Assembly (NCBI GenBank): GCA_902571865.1
Contig: CACGDO010000001.1
Span: 82,315-146,314 of the forward strand
Direction of reading: 5' to 3'
DNA length: 64,000 nucleotides
From: an uncultured Alphaproteobacteria bacterium
GTDB lineage: Bacteria; Pseudomonadota; Alphaproteobacteria; HIMB59; GCA-002718135
Part shown: in pieces, positions 40,379 to 50,245 of the stretch
Layout: each line of letters starts with the position of its first letter
How positions within the stretch are numbered: position 1 is the stretch's first letter
Position numbers and translations under genes: made by a program
Notes under the pieces: generated by a model
Told to the model about the DNA's origin: nothing
Database searches by the model: none
The model's input: the letters and a program-made list of their open reading frames with translations, nothing else

Positions 40379-41407
40379 TTAATCTGTACTTGATTTAGCC
40401 CATAGATTAATCTTTTCTTCTTTTGCATATTTATCTATTTCTTTTAATTCAGAATTACTAAAAGTGAGATTATTTTGACTATCTAAACACTCATCTAATT
40501 GTTTAACTGTTCTTGCACCAATTAGAGCAGATGTCATAGTCGGGTGACGCAGTATCCAGGAAAGAGCCATTTGAGGTAAAGATTGTCCTCTTCTATTTGC
40601 AATTTTTGTTAACTCTTTAATTTTAATTAAATAACTTCTTGTAATCATTTTTTTATCTAGAGATGAATTATCTGCAATCCTTGAAACTTTAGGTATTTTT
40701 TTTAAATATTTTCCCGATAACATTCCTTGAGCGAGAGGAGAGAATGCAATACATCCTATACCTAATTTTTTTAATGTAGATAATAAATCTTTTTCCACCC
40801 ATCTATTGATCATGGAGTAAGATGGTTGATGAATTAAACAACTAACTCCTCTTTCTTTTAATAACTTACTCATTTTAATTGTTTGTTTTGAACTATAAGA
40901 AGAAATTCCTACATATAAAGCCTTACCGCTTGTAATTGCTTGAGCTAATGCATCTGCTGTCTCTTCCAATGGTGTTAATGGATCAAAACGATGAGAATAA
41001 AAAATATCTACGTATTCTAGCTTCATTCTTTTCAAACTTTGATCAAGGCTTGCAGTTAAATATTTTTTTGAACCCCATTCACCATATGGACCATCCCACA
41101 TATGATACCCTGCCTTACTTGATATTATCATTTCGTCTCTATGTTTTTTAAAATCAGAATTCATAACTTTACCAAAATTTTCTTCTGCAGATCCTGCTGG
41201 TGGACCATAATTATTTGCTAAATCAAAATGAGTTACTCCTCTATCAAATGCTCTAAAAAGCATCTTCTTCGCTTCTTTTGACATAGATTTTTTACCGCCA
41301 AAATTATGCCAAAGGCCAAGTGTAATAGGAGGTAAAAGTAAGCCGCTATTGCCACACCTTCTGTATATTAATTTTTGATATCTTTTTGGGTTAGCTTTGT
41401 ATGGCAT
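40379..41407 (-). CDS. gpr: Aldo-keto reductase, L-glyceraldehyde-3-phosphate reductase (YghZ/Gpr-like)
   Basis: LGLWHNFG, HFDLANNYGPPAGSAE, SKAGYHMWDGPYGEWGS, YSHRFD and LIHQPSY. Confidence 0.88.
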   Translation of the reverse strand: MPYKANPKRYQKLIYRRCGNSGLLLPPITLGLWHNFGGKKSMSKEAKKMLFRAFDRGVTHFDLANNYGPPAGSAEENFGKVMNSDFKKHRDEMIISSKAGYHMWDGPYGEWGSKKYLTASLDQSLKRMKLEYVDIFYSHRFDPLTPLEETADALAQAITSGKALYVGISSYSSKQTIKMSKLLKERGVSCLIHQPSYSMINRWVEKDLLSTLKKLGIGCIAFSPLAQGMLSGKYLKKIPKVSRIADNSSLDKKMITRSYLIKIKELTKIANRRGQSLPQMALSWILRHPTMTSALIGARTVKQLDECLDSQNNLTFSNSELKEIDKYAKEEKINLWAKSSTD

Positions 41408-41454
41408 AATAAAATAATTATAAATTATTATATAATAATATATAAATTAAATAA

Positions 41455-41634
41455 ATGACTGAGTTACAATGGTATGCTTATCTTGGAGGGTTTGTAGCGT
41501 TTGCAATTGGATGCTACGTATATTATCTTTCTAGAAATAAAGAACTAAATGATCAGCAAGTTAAAAATAGAAAAAGAGTAATGAATTTTTTTTTAATAAT
41601 AGCTTTAGTTTGCGTGGGTTATTCATGGTTATAA
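41455..41634 (+). CDS. Putative 59-aa two-TM small protein (missed by ORF track)
   Basis: Translated by hand: MTELQWYAYLGGFVAFAIGCYVYYLSRNKELNDQQVKNRKRVMNFFLIIALVCVGYSWL*. It fills the spacer before the kinase gene. Confidence 0.7.
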   Translation: MTELQWYAYLGGFVAFAIGCYVYYLSRNKELNDQQVKNRKRVMNFFLIIALVCVGYSWL

Positions 41635-41650
41635 ATTTAAGAGATAACTT

Positions 41651-43138
41651 TTGAAATATTATGTTGCAATTGATGCTGGGACTTCAGTAATAAAGACTGT
41701 AATTTTCAATACAAATTTCAAACAAATAAATTCTTATAGTGTAAAAAATCCAGTAGTAACTGATAAATTTGGTAAATCTGAAATTGAAATGGAAAAATTT
41801 TGGTTATTAACAGCAAAGTGTATTAAACTGTTAATAAATAAATCTAAAATTCAGTCACAATCAATTGTTGCTTTAGGCATAACCGGAAATATGGTTGGAT
41901 TTTGGTCTATTAATAATAAAAATAAACCAGTACGAAATGCAATTTTGTGGAATGATACAAGAAGTGAAAAAATTTTCACTAATAAAAAAATATTTGATCA
42001 AATTTATAAAATAACAGGTTCTATTGCACAATACGGCTGTACTATACCTATTCTAAAATGGATGACTAAATTTGAAAAAGAAAATTTAAAGAAAATTAAA
42101 TATATATTAAATTGTAAAGATTGGTTAAGATTTAAATTAACAGGGAATATAAATAATGATGAAACAGAAGTTTCAGTATATCCTGGAGATATAAAAAATA
42201 AAAAATTATCAAAAAAAATTTTTAAAATTTTTAATTTAAGTACTAAATATTTTAAACTATTCCCTGAAATAAAAAAATCAAATGAATTAGGCGGATACAT
42301 TACTAAAAGTGCATCAAGATTAACTAATTTAAAAATTGGTACTCCAGTTATTATAGGTTGTGGTGATGTAATAGCTTCTATTTTAGGAGCTGGAGGCATT
42401 AATCATAACAAAAAAATAAGTATAATTGGTACTACATGTCACAATATTACAGTTAAAAATAATTCAAAAATTTCTAAAGACGGATCAGGGTTATTTTTTG
42501 CTTCTTTAAATAATACATGGTTAGAGACTAAAATAAACGTTGCAGGAACAACTAATATTGATTGGGTTATTGATAATTTTTATAAAAATTCAAAAAAGTT
42601 TACAGATAAAATAAAAATAATTAATAATTTTGAAAAAAAATATTTATCTTTTCCATATCCAGAAAATTCATTAATTTTTCTTCCTTATATAAATTATGGA
42701 GGATCAATATCCCCATTTGTAAATTTAAATTCTAAAGCTGAGATTTTTGGAATTTTACCACATCATAATAATTTTGATATTATGACTGCTTGTTATGAAG
42801 GTTTGGCATTATCTATTAAAGATTGTTTCGCGAATAAAATTAAAACTAGAGACAGCCTTTATCTTGCAGGAGGTGCATCAAAAAGTAAAATTTTACCTCA
42901 ATTAATTTCAAATGTTTTGAATATTAAAGTTAAAATTTTAACTAATTCCGAATTAGGTGCTCTAGGTATTGCATTCTTAATTGACAGTTATTTACATAAA
43001 AAAGATTTAAAAAAATTAATTAACTGTCACCAAAATATTGGTCATATTTACACACCCCAAAGAAAACACTCCAAATATCTTAACATTAAATATCAAAAAT
43101 ATAAAAAATTAAGAGAGTCATTGAATAATATTTGGTGA
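41651..43138 (+). CDS. FGGY-family carbohydrate kinase (EryA/LyxK-like)
   Basis: IDAGTSVIK, ILWNDTR, GCGDV, IGTT and LAGGASKS. TTG start. Confidence 0.88.
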   Translation: MKYYVAIDAGTSVIKTVIFNTNFKQINSYSVKNPVVTDKFGKSEIEMEKFWLLTAKCIKLLINKSKIQSQSIVALGITGNMVGFWSINNKNKPVRNAILWNDTRSEKIFTNKKIFDQIYKITGSIAQYGCTIPILKWMTKFEKENLKKIKYILNCKDWLRFKLTGNINNDETEVSVYPGDIKNKKLSKKIFKIFNLSTKYFKLFPEIKKSNELGGYITKSASRLTNLKIGTPVIIGCGDVIASILGAGGINHNKKISIIGTTCHNITVKNNSKISKDGSGLFFASLNNTWLETKINVAGTTNIDWVIDNFYKNSKKFTDKIKIINNFEKKYLSFPYPENSLIFLPYINYGGSISPFVNLNSKAEIFGILPHHNNFDIMTACYEGLALSIKDCFANKIKTRDSLYLAGGASKSKILPQLISNVLNIKVKILTNSELGALGIAFLIDSYLHKKDLKKLINCHQNIGHIYTPQRKHSKYLNIKYQKYKKLRESLNNIW

Positions 43139-43209
43139 AAGTCTCAAATTTAGTTGATAATATTAGTATATTGATATTAAAATATTAATCATAAATTAAG
43201 TGAGGAAAA

Positions 43210-44481
43210 ATGAATAAAATATTACTTTTTTTTATTACAATTCTATTTTCTTTGAATGCTTATGCTGTAACAAACGTTACTTTTTGGCATATGGAAGGTG
43301 TTCCGCATAGAGTAGATAGAATTCAAACATTAATAGATGAATTTAATTCTGCAAATCCAGATATTAATGTAACACAAGAAGTTCAAAACTGGGGTGAAAT
43401 TTATGCTAAAGCTCCTGCTTCAGTTGCTGCTGGAACAGCGCCAGAAATATTAGTTGGTATTCCAGATTTTACTCCCATACTTGCTGATATGGGTGCAGCG
43501 CAACCTGTTGAAGATTTTGTTGCAGAGTTAGATTCAAAATATGGTTTTTACCAAAAAGCACTAGATCAATATACTTACAATGGTCATACTTGGGCTGTTC
43601 CTTTATGGAACATGGGTTTATCACTATGGTATAGAAAAAGTGATTTTGAAGCGGCTGGAATTGAACCACCAAAAACTTGGTCTGATTTAAAGAAAGCTGC
43701 TAAAGCTTTAACTAAGGACGGTGTTTATGGAATAGGTCTTCCTGGCAATAAACAGCTTTATACTGATCAAACAATCTATAGTTTTATGGTTAACTCAGGC
43801 GCAGAGGAAATTTATAATTCTGATGGTACTTTAAGATTTGATAATCCAGAAACTGTAGCAGCATACGATGTCTATAAAGAATTATATCAATATTCAGCTC
43901 CTGATGCAGCAAACTGGACCTGGGGTGAAGCCGAAGCATGTTTTGCAAGTAAAGGTTGTGCAATGATATTGCAGTTCACTGTTATTTCTACATATGATTC
44001 TCAAGCTGGCGGAGATGCAAGTGACCTAGGTGTTATTCAAATACCACATGCAAATGGCAAACATCATAAAGCTGGAACTGTTTCATATGTAAATTCTGCA
44101 ATGATTATGACTGATGATGAAGCAAAAATGGAAGCTTCTAAAAAGTTTTTAAGTTTCTTAATGGAACCTGGAAACTATGGAAGATTTATTAACATGGAAC
44201 CAGGATTATTTTTACCAATAACTGAAGCTGGAAGTCAAGATTCAACTTATTGGGATGATCCAGTTGTTGTAAAATATAAATCACAAGTAGAAACAATGTT
44301 AGACAATTCAACTAGAGGAAGTCTATTTGGTTTTACAAATGGTAATACCTTTACAAGTATATCATCTATATCAGCTCAGAATTTATTAGCTCAAACTCTT
44401 CAACTAACTTTAATCGATGGAAAAAGTGCAAAAGATGCAGTTAGTGAAGGTATGGAAATAATGACTGAAGCTATTGAATAA
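43210..44481 (+). CDS. Sugar ABC transporter substrate-binding protein (CUT1)
   Basis: Signal peptide, VTFWH, FNSANPDINV, WAVP and LWYRK. Confidence 0.9.
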   Translation: MNKILLFFITILFSLNAYAVTNVTFWHMEGVPHRVDRIQTLIDEFNSANPDINVTQEVQNWGEIYAKAPASVAAGTAPEILVGIPDFTPILADMGAAQPVEDFVAELDSKYGFYQKALDQYTYNGHTWAVPLWNMGLSLWYRKSDFEAAGIEPPKTWSDLKKAAKALTKDGVYGIGLPGNKQLYTDQTIYSFMVNSGAEEIYNSDGTLRFDNPETVAAYDVYKELYQYSAPDAANWTWGEAEACFASKGCAMILQFTVISTYDSQAGGDASDLGVIQIPHANGKHHKAGTVSYVNSAMIMTDDEAKMEASKKFLSFLMEPGNYGRFINMEPGLFLPITEAGSQDSTYWDDPVVVKYKSQVETMLDNSTRGSLFGFTNGNTFTSISSISAQNLLAQTLQLTLIDGKSAKDAVSEGMEIMTEAIE

Positions 44482-44494
44482 TTTAAAACATTTT

Positions 44495-44517
44495 CAGCAC
44501 CTCTCTTAGAGGTGCTG
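44495..44517 (+). terminator. Intra-operon stem-loop after the SBP gene
   Basis: CAGCACCTCT-ctt-AGAGGTGCTG, a perfect 10-bp stem followed by tcattttt. Confidence 0.7.
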
Positions 44518-44525
44518 TCATTTTT

Positions 44526-45398
44526 GTGAAAAAAAATAATATTGAAGGTTGGCTTTTTGTATCTCCATTAGTTATTTGGATTTCAATTATTATTTTGGTT
44601 CCAATTTACATAGCATTCGAATTAAGTTTATTTAACGTAAAGATTATTGGTACATCAGGAAAATTTGTAGGTATTGATAATTACATAAAATTATTTGGTA
44701 AATCAAAATTTCTTAATGCTTCATTAAATAGTTTTTATTGGATAATTGGAAATGCAATCTGTCAAACATTTTTTGCTTTCACTATTGCCTTAACTATTAA
44801 TTATACATTTCCTGGTAAAAAAATTATAACTAACTGGATAATTTTATCATTTATTATTCCAACAGTAGTTGTTGTTGTAATTTGGAAATTAATGTTGAGT
44901 AGTAGTAGTGGTATAATAAATTCTGTACTAATAGATATTGGAATATTAGATGAAGCAACGGGTTTCTTTAGTTCTCCTAATAAAGCTTTTATAAGTTTAG
45001 TTCTAATCAACTCATGGCGTTGGAGTCCTTTTTTAGCATTAATTATTCTTTCTGGACTTAATTCTATAAATCGAGAAATTTATGATGCATCTAAAGTTGA
45101 TGGAGCGAATTTTATTCAACAATTTATTTTCATTACATTTCCAAATCTTAAAAGTGTCCTTTTTGTTTTGGGTTTAGTTGGGACATTATTATCATTTAAT
45201 ATATTTGACATTATATGGTTAATCACAAAAGGTGGGCCATCAAGTGCTACAACTACATTACCATTATTAATTTATGAAACTGCGTTTACTAAATTTAGAA
45301 TTAGTCAAGCTGCGACCCTATCAATAGTTACTAGTTTTTTGTTATTAGTATTCTCAATAATATTTATTAAATCTATGGCACCAAAAGAAGATGATTAA
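44526..45398 (+). CDS. Sugar ABC transporter permease
   Basis: EAA motif IYDASKVDGAN..QQF..IT.P; multiple TM. Confidence 0.92.
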   Translation: MKKNNIEGWLFVSPLVIWISIIILVPIYIAFELSLFNVKIIGTSGKFVGIDNYIKLFGKSKFLNASLNSFYWIIGNAICQTFFAFTIALTINYTFPGKKIITNWIILSFIIPTVVVVVIWKLMLSSSSGIINSVLIDIGILDEATGFFSSPNKAFISLVLINSWRWSPFLALIILSGLNSINREIYDASKVDGANFIQQFIFITFPNLKSVLFVLGLVGTLLSFNIFDIIWLITKGGPSSATTTLPLLIYETAFTKFRISQAATLSIVTSFLLLVFSIIFIKSMAPKEDD

Positions 45399-46221
45399 AG
45401 AAAATAATATCAAACTTATATTTTTAAGCTTATCTTTATTATTAATTATACTTATTTTTTTCTTTCCTTTTTTTTGGATAATCACATCATCTTTTAAAAG
45501 TCCTGAAGAAATTATTGCTACATCTACAACTATTATTCCAAGATCTTTTACTTTAGAGCATTATAATAAAATATTATTTAACTCAGATTTTTTTATATAT
45601 TTAAAAAACAGTTTGATAGTTTCATTTTCATCTATGATAATTTCAATCATTTTATCTGTTTCTGCAGCTTATGGCTTACATAAACTTAAATTTTATGGAA
45701 ATAAATTTGTAGAATATTCTCTTCTAGTTACTTATGCTTTTCCTGGAGTAATATTATTAGTACCTATTTATTTATTGTTTGCAAAAGTAAATCTACTAAA
45801 CAGTTACTTTGCTTTGATTGTTGTTAATGTTTTATTTGCCACTCCGTTTGCAGTTTGGATGTTGAAAGCTTTTTTTAAGTTAATTCCTAATGAGATAGAG
45901 GAAGCAGCATATATTGATGGAGCATCTAGATATATTGTAATTTCAAGAATTATTGTTCCGTTAGCTGCTCCAGGTATAGCAAGTGTATCAATTTTTTGTT
46001 TTATTATATCTTGGACGGAATATCTTTTTGCCTCTATATTAATAAGTGGTGATGATTTAAAAACCTTACCTGTTGGTTTAGCTGGAATTGTTGGTCAATA
46101 CCAAATTGATTGGGGTTTTTTATTATCTGGTGCTGTTCTTGCTAGTTTACCTGTAATTTTATTATTTGTTTTTATAGGTAAATATTTTGTCTCTGGTTTA
46201 ACAGAAGGTGCAGTTAAATAA
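45391..46221 (+). CDS. Sugar ABC transporter permease
   Basis: EAA motif IEEAAYIDGAS; SWTEYL; TLPVG. Confidence 0.92.
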   Translation: MIKENNIKLIFLSLSLLLIILIFFFPFFWIITSSFKSPEEIIATSTTIIPRSFTLEHYNKILFNSDFFIYLKNSLIVSFSSMIISIILSVSAAYGLHKLKFYGNKFVEYSLLVTYAFPGVILLVPIYLLFAKVNLLNSYFALIVVNVLFATPFAVWMLKAFFKLIPNEIEEAAYIDGASRYIVISRIIVPLAAPGIASVSIFCFIISWTEYLFASILISGDDLKTLPVGLAGIVGQYQIDWGFLLSGAVLASLPVILLFVFIGKYFVSGLTEGAVK

Positions 46222-47199
46222 ATGAAGGAAATAAATTTTTTAGATTATAAATTAGAAAATAATTTAAATATAATTGATATAAATTTTAATAATAAAAATT
46301 CTAAAATTTCTTTTACAAACATCAAAAATATTTATTTATATTCTTATTTATGGACAGTAATAACTAAAGATTTTTATCTTTTTAAAGATTTTGAAAGAGT
46401 CTATTCAAATCTTACTCATCAAGATCATATATTAAAACGACAAGAAGAGTTAAAAAGTAAACTGCAATTAACAAATGAAATAAAGGGTAATTTTTTTTTA
46501 CTTGGTGGTGAAAATAATTATTGGCATTTATTGGTAGATTATCTTCCTAGATTAATTTGTTTAAAAGAAATTGATCTAAATAAAACTTTAATTTTAATAA
46601 ATTCAGATATTTTTGACAAATTCCAATTATTTATTTTAAAAATTATTCAACAAATGAATTTAGAAAATGTTAAATTTATGAAAATAAATAGAATTAATCA
46701 ATTATATAAATTTGAAAATTTATTTATTCCTTCAAGGCCAAGTACAAATTTTGCATATGATTTTTATAATAATATTTTTGGAAAATATATTGATAAAAGA
46801 CCTTTGAAGAATTTATATATAAGAAGAGGAAATGTTAACAATAGAAAAGTTATTAATGAAAAGGAAGTAGAAAAGTTATTATCAAAATATAATTATGAAA
46901 TTATAGACTGTTCAGATTTAAGTGTTGATAATCAAATTGATAAGTTTTCTAAAGCAAAAAATGTAATAATAGTTCATGGCGCTTCTGTTGCGAATTTGTT
47001 ATTTGTTCCAAATAATATTAATGTAATTGAAATTAGATCTAACATTGATGGAGAATTCAGTACAAAAGTAAATATAGGAAAAAGATTTAATTTAATTTTA
47101 TTCAATAAAACTGAAAAAATAGGTGAAAAATTAAGAAAAGATATTATTGTAAATATTAATGAATTAGAAAATTTAATATTAAAAAATAATGTTTTTTAA
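46222..47199 (+). CDS. Glycosyltransferase family 61 (DUF563)-like
   Basis: NYWHLLVD, YIRRG...RKVINE, QIDKF...IVHGASVAN..F. Confidence 0.8.
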   Translation: MKEINFLDYKLENNLNIIDINFNNKNSKISFTNIKNIYLYSYLWTVITKDFYLFKDFERVYSNLTHQDHILKRQEELKSKLQLTNEIKGNFFLLGGENNYWHLLVDYLPRLICLKEIDLNKTLILINSDIFDKFQLFILKIIQQMNLENVKFMKINRINQLYKFENLFIPSRPSTNFAYDFYNNIFGKYIDKRPLKNLYIRRGNVNNRKVINEKEVEKLLSKYNYEIIDCSDLSVDNQIDKFSKAKNVIIVHGASVANLLFVPNNINVIEIRSNIDGEFSTKVNIGKRFNLILFNKTEKIGEKLRKDIIVNINELENLILKNNVF

Positions 47200-47249
47200 A
47201 ATATTGTATTAAAAATTACATTTATTTTTTAAATTAAAAAGGAGCTAAA

Positions 47250-47534
47250 ATGTCTGTAGCAAGAATAACAACTATTAATTTTAAATCTAAAGAAGATGCT
47301 GACGAGTCTATAAAAGATTATTCAGTAAAAGCACCAAGTGAATTTCCTGAGGCACAACAATTACTACAAATTCGTGCAAGTGAAACAACTGTAATGGCTG
47401 TATCTTTATATGCTGATAATGATGCAATGGAGCGTGCTTCTGCAGCTAGAGCTAAAAGAATGAGTAATAATGAAAAAACTTTTGATGTTGTTGACACAAA
47501 GACTGGTGAAGTAACATTAAATCATAAAAATTAA
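47250..47534 (+). CDS. Hypothetical small alpha/beta protein (94 aa)
   Basis: AAGGAG RBS; soluble sequence. Confidence 0.8.
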   Translation: MSVARITTINFKSKEDADESIKDYSVKAPSEFPEAQQLLQIRASETTVMAVSLYADNDAMERASAARAKRMSNNEKTFDVVDTKTGEVTLNHKN

Positions 47535-47541
47535 AAAAGGA

Positions 47542-47618
47542 GTGCCCGTAGCTCAGTAGGATAGAGCACCAGATTCCTAATCTGGGGGCCGCATGTTCGA
47601 ATCATGCCGGGCACGCCA
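47542..47618 (+). tRNA. tRNA-Arg(CCT), CCA encoded
   Basis: Acceptor stem GTGCCCG/CGGGCAC, D-stem GCTC/GAGC, anticodon arm CCAGA-TTCCTAA-TCTGG, T-arm GCATG-TTCGAAT-CATGC, then G-CCA. Confidence 0.96.
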
Positions 47619-48389
47619 ATGATGACATATAAATTTACAAATGCAATTGTTAGAAAACCAAATAAGAGTATTAATAATGCATTGAGTTCTAAGTATTTAC
47701 GTCCAAGTTATGAAAAAATATTAGAGATACATGATGACTATATCAATTCAATTGAAGAAGCAGGATTAAATATAATTTTATTAGAAAGCTTAGAACAATA
47801 TCCCGACAGTATTTTCGTTGAAGATCCTGCTCTCATCTTCAAAAATAATATTATTGTATTAAATCCAAGTGATGTTACACGAAATGGTGAGGCAAAAATA
47901 ATTAAAAACGAAATAAGTAAATACTTTGAAAACATATTTGTTGTTGAAAAGGGGAAAATAGAAGGTGGGGATATATTAAATATTAATAATCATTTTATTA
48001 TAGGTTTATCAAATAGAACTAATAAATTAGGGGCAGAAAATTTATCTAATATACTAATCTCACTTGGTGCTACTGTAGAAGTATGTCAAACACCAAAAGA
48101 TATTCTTCATTTTAAGTCTGAATGCAGTTTATTAGATGATGATATAATTTTAGTAAGTAATAGAATGTCTAAATTAGATTATTTAAAAAAAAATTATAAT
48201 TTAATCGAATTACCAATGGGTGAAGAAAATGCAGCAAACTGTATTCGAATTAATAATAAATTATTAATTCCAGATGGTTTCAATAAAACTGAGGGAATTT
48301 TATCTAAAAATTTTAATATCATAAAAATTAATGTTGATGAGATATCAAAGGTTGATGCAGGGTTAAGCTGTATGAGTCTCAGATGGTAA
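47619..48389 (+). CDS. ddaH: Dimethylarginine dimethylaminohydrolase / amidinotransferase family
   Basis: FVED, EGGD, LHFKS and C-terminal GLSCMSL with the catalytic Cys. The ORF-track start at 47604 lies inside the tRNA; the real start is 47619 or 47622. Confidence 0.88.
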   Translation: MMTYKFTNAIVRKPNKSINNALSSKYLRPSYEKILEIHDDYINSIEEAGLNIILLESLEQYPDSIFVEDPALIFKNNIIVLNPSDVTRNGEAKIIKNEISKYFENIFVVEKGKIEGGDILNINNHFIIGLSNRTNKLGAENLSNILISLGATVEVCQTPKDILHFKSECSLLDDDIILVSNRMSKLDYLKKNYNLIELPMGEENAANCIRINNKLLIPDGFNKTEGILSKNFNIIKINVDEISKVDAGLSCMSLRW

Positions 48390-49054
48390 AGACCTTTATT
48401 CATATATTAAGACTTAAAGAAATACCCAAATTATCCTGGAGCTCTCATTTCGAATACAATCTAAAGCCTAAAAAAATAACAATTTTTTATTTAATTTTAG
48501 GACTTATATTATTCGGCATTGGTGAAGCATTATTAATTACTGCAAATTTGGGAGTTTCACCTTGGTTTGTGTTACATCAGGGATTAGCATTTAAAACTGG
48601 TTATACAATAGGTATTACAACATTTTTTATAAGTGTTGCGGTATTGTTACTTTGGTTTCCACTAAAACAAAAACCAGGCATTGGAACAATATTAAATGCT
48701 ATTTTAATTTCTGTTATTTTGGATCTTTCATTGATCTATCTTCCTTATCCAAAAGAATTCTTATTTCAATTTTTCCAAGTATTAATTGGTATTTTCATAA
48801 TAGGTATTGGAAGTGGTTTTTATTTAGCTGCAAATTTGGGACCTGGTCCAAGAGATGGATTGATGACTGGCTTAAATAAACAAACTAATTTTTCAATTTC
48901 ATTTATTAGAACATTACTTGAACTATCTGCAGTGGGTATAGGATTTTTTTTAGGTGGAAAAGTTGGAATAGGGACATTGATATATGCAATAGGAATAGGT
49001 TTTTCAGTATCTTTAGGTTTATTTTTCGTTGGTAAAATTTATAGGAAAAATTAA
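48383..49054 (+). CDS. YczE/YyaS family membrane protein
   Basis: LGVSPW, KPGIGT, GPGPRDGLM and GGKVGIGT. Confidence 0.88.
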   Translation: MVKTFIHILRLKEIPKLSWSSHFEYNLKPKKITIFYLILGLILFGIGEALLITANLGVSPWFVLHQGLAFKTGYTIGITTFFISVAVLLLWFPLKQKPGIGTILNAILISVILDLSLIYLPYPKEFLFQFFQVLIGIFIIGIGSGFYLAANLGPGPRDGLMTGLNKQTNFSISFIRTLLELSAVGIGFFLGGKVGIGTLIYAIGIGFSVSLGLFFVGKIYRKN

Positions 49055-49147
49055 ATTTAACTATTATTTATTAATAATTTTTAATCTTAAACTATTAAGT
49101 ATTTTATTTTCTTAAATTTTCTTTCGATTATACTCAACTAAACAATA

Positions 49148-49942
49148 ATGGATAAACTACTCCAAAGATCAAATGGAAAAATAGACATAGAAATATTAGA
49201 TAATGATTTTTCAAAATTTTTTCAAAGCGGTTGTTGTAAAATCTTAAATCCAAAAAATTATAATGAATTTAAAGAATTAGTTTTAATTAATACTTCTGGA
49301 GGCATTACTTGTAATGATAATATTGAAATTAATGCTATTATTAATAATTCTCAATTGAGTTTTTGTACTCAAGCTGCAGAAAAAATTTATGCAGGAATTG
49401 GAGACCCAGCTAGAGTAGAAATAAATATTAATTTAAATAATTCTACTATGTATTGGTTACCAAAAGAATTAATTTTATTTGATAATTCAAAACTAAGAAG
49501 AAATATCAATATTAATCTATTAGATAATTCTAATTTGATTTTTTGTGAAACAACAATTTTTGGAAGAAAAGCTATGTCTGAAAAAATTAAAAATATTTCT
49601 TTTTCTGATCAATGGAAAATTTATTCAAATTCTTCTATAAAGCATTTTGAAGCAATTAATATTAAAGGATCAATGATTGATAATTTCAACAACAATTACA
49701 CTTTTTCTAATCAATCATCTTTATCAACAATATTAATTTTTGGTGATATTGTTCATCAACTAGAGTCTGTATTAAGAAAAGTTAAAAAAAACGTAGGAAA
49801 TCACTATTGTGAAATGACAAAATTTGATGATAAAATTATCATTAGATGCTTAGCAGATGATAATTATGATTTAAAAAAAACACTAAATATTATTATGAAA
49901 AATGTAATAAATGATAAACTACCAAAAAGTTGGGATCTATAA
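49148..49942 (+). CDS. ureD: Urease accessory protein UreD
   Basis: INTSGG, TQAAEKIY and WLPKE; first gene of the urease cluster. Confidence 0.9.
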   Translation: MDKLLQRSNGKIDIEILDNDFSKFFQSGCCKILNPKNYNEFKELVLINTSGGITCNDNIEINAIINNSQLSFCTQAAEKIYAGIGDPARVEININLNNSTMYWLPKELILFDNSKLRRNININLLDNSNLIFCETTIFGRKAMSEKIKNISFSDQWKIYSNSSIKHFEAINIKGSMIDNFNNNYTFSNQSSLSTILIFGDIVHQLESVLRKVKKNVGNHYCEMTKFDDKIIIRCLADDNYDLKKTLNIIMKNVINDKLPKSWDL

Positions 49943-50245
49943 ATGAAATTAACACCAAGAGAAAAAGATAAGTTGATGGTCAGTATGGCAGCTAACGTTG
50001 CTAGAAAACGTCTAGAAAGAGGTGTTAAACTTAACTACCCAGAAGCTATAGCCTTGATAACAGATTTTGTCATAGAAGGCGCAAGAGATGGAAAAATGGT
50101 ATCAGAATTAATGGAAACAGGAGCTCACGTAGTAAAAAAAGAAGATTGTATGGATGGTATTCCAGATATGATTCCAGAAGTACAGGTTGAAGCTACATTT
50201 TCAGATGGAACAAAATTAGTAACAGTACATAAACCGATTAGATAA
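49943..50245 (+). CDS. ureA: Urease gamma subunit
   Basis: [17 protein letters not shown] and [14 protein letters not shown]. Confidence 0.98.
   Translation: MKLTPREKDKLMVSMAANVARKRLERGVKLNYPEAIALITDFVIEGARDGKMVSELMETGAHVVKKEDCMDGIPDMIPEVQVEATFSDGTKLVTVHKPIR

Noticed and set aside
47235-47543. AATTAAAAAGGAG-like direct repeat flanking the 94-aa gene as an insertion scar
   Set aside because: It is short, A-rich and overlaps an RBS, so chance is plausible.
47600-47618. att-site duplication of the tRNA-Arg 3' end
   Set aside because: I saw no second copy of ATCATGCCGGGCACGCCA by eye; an exact search should confirm this.
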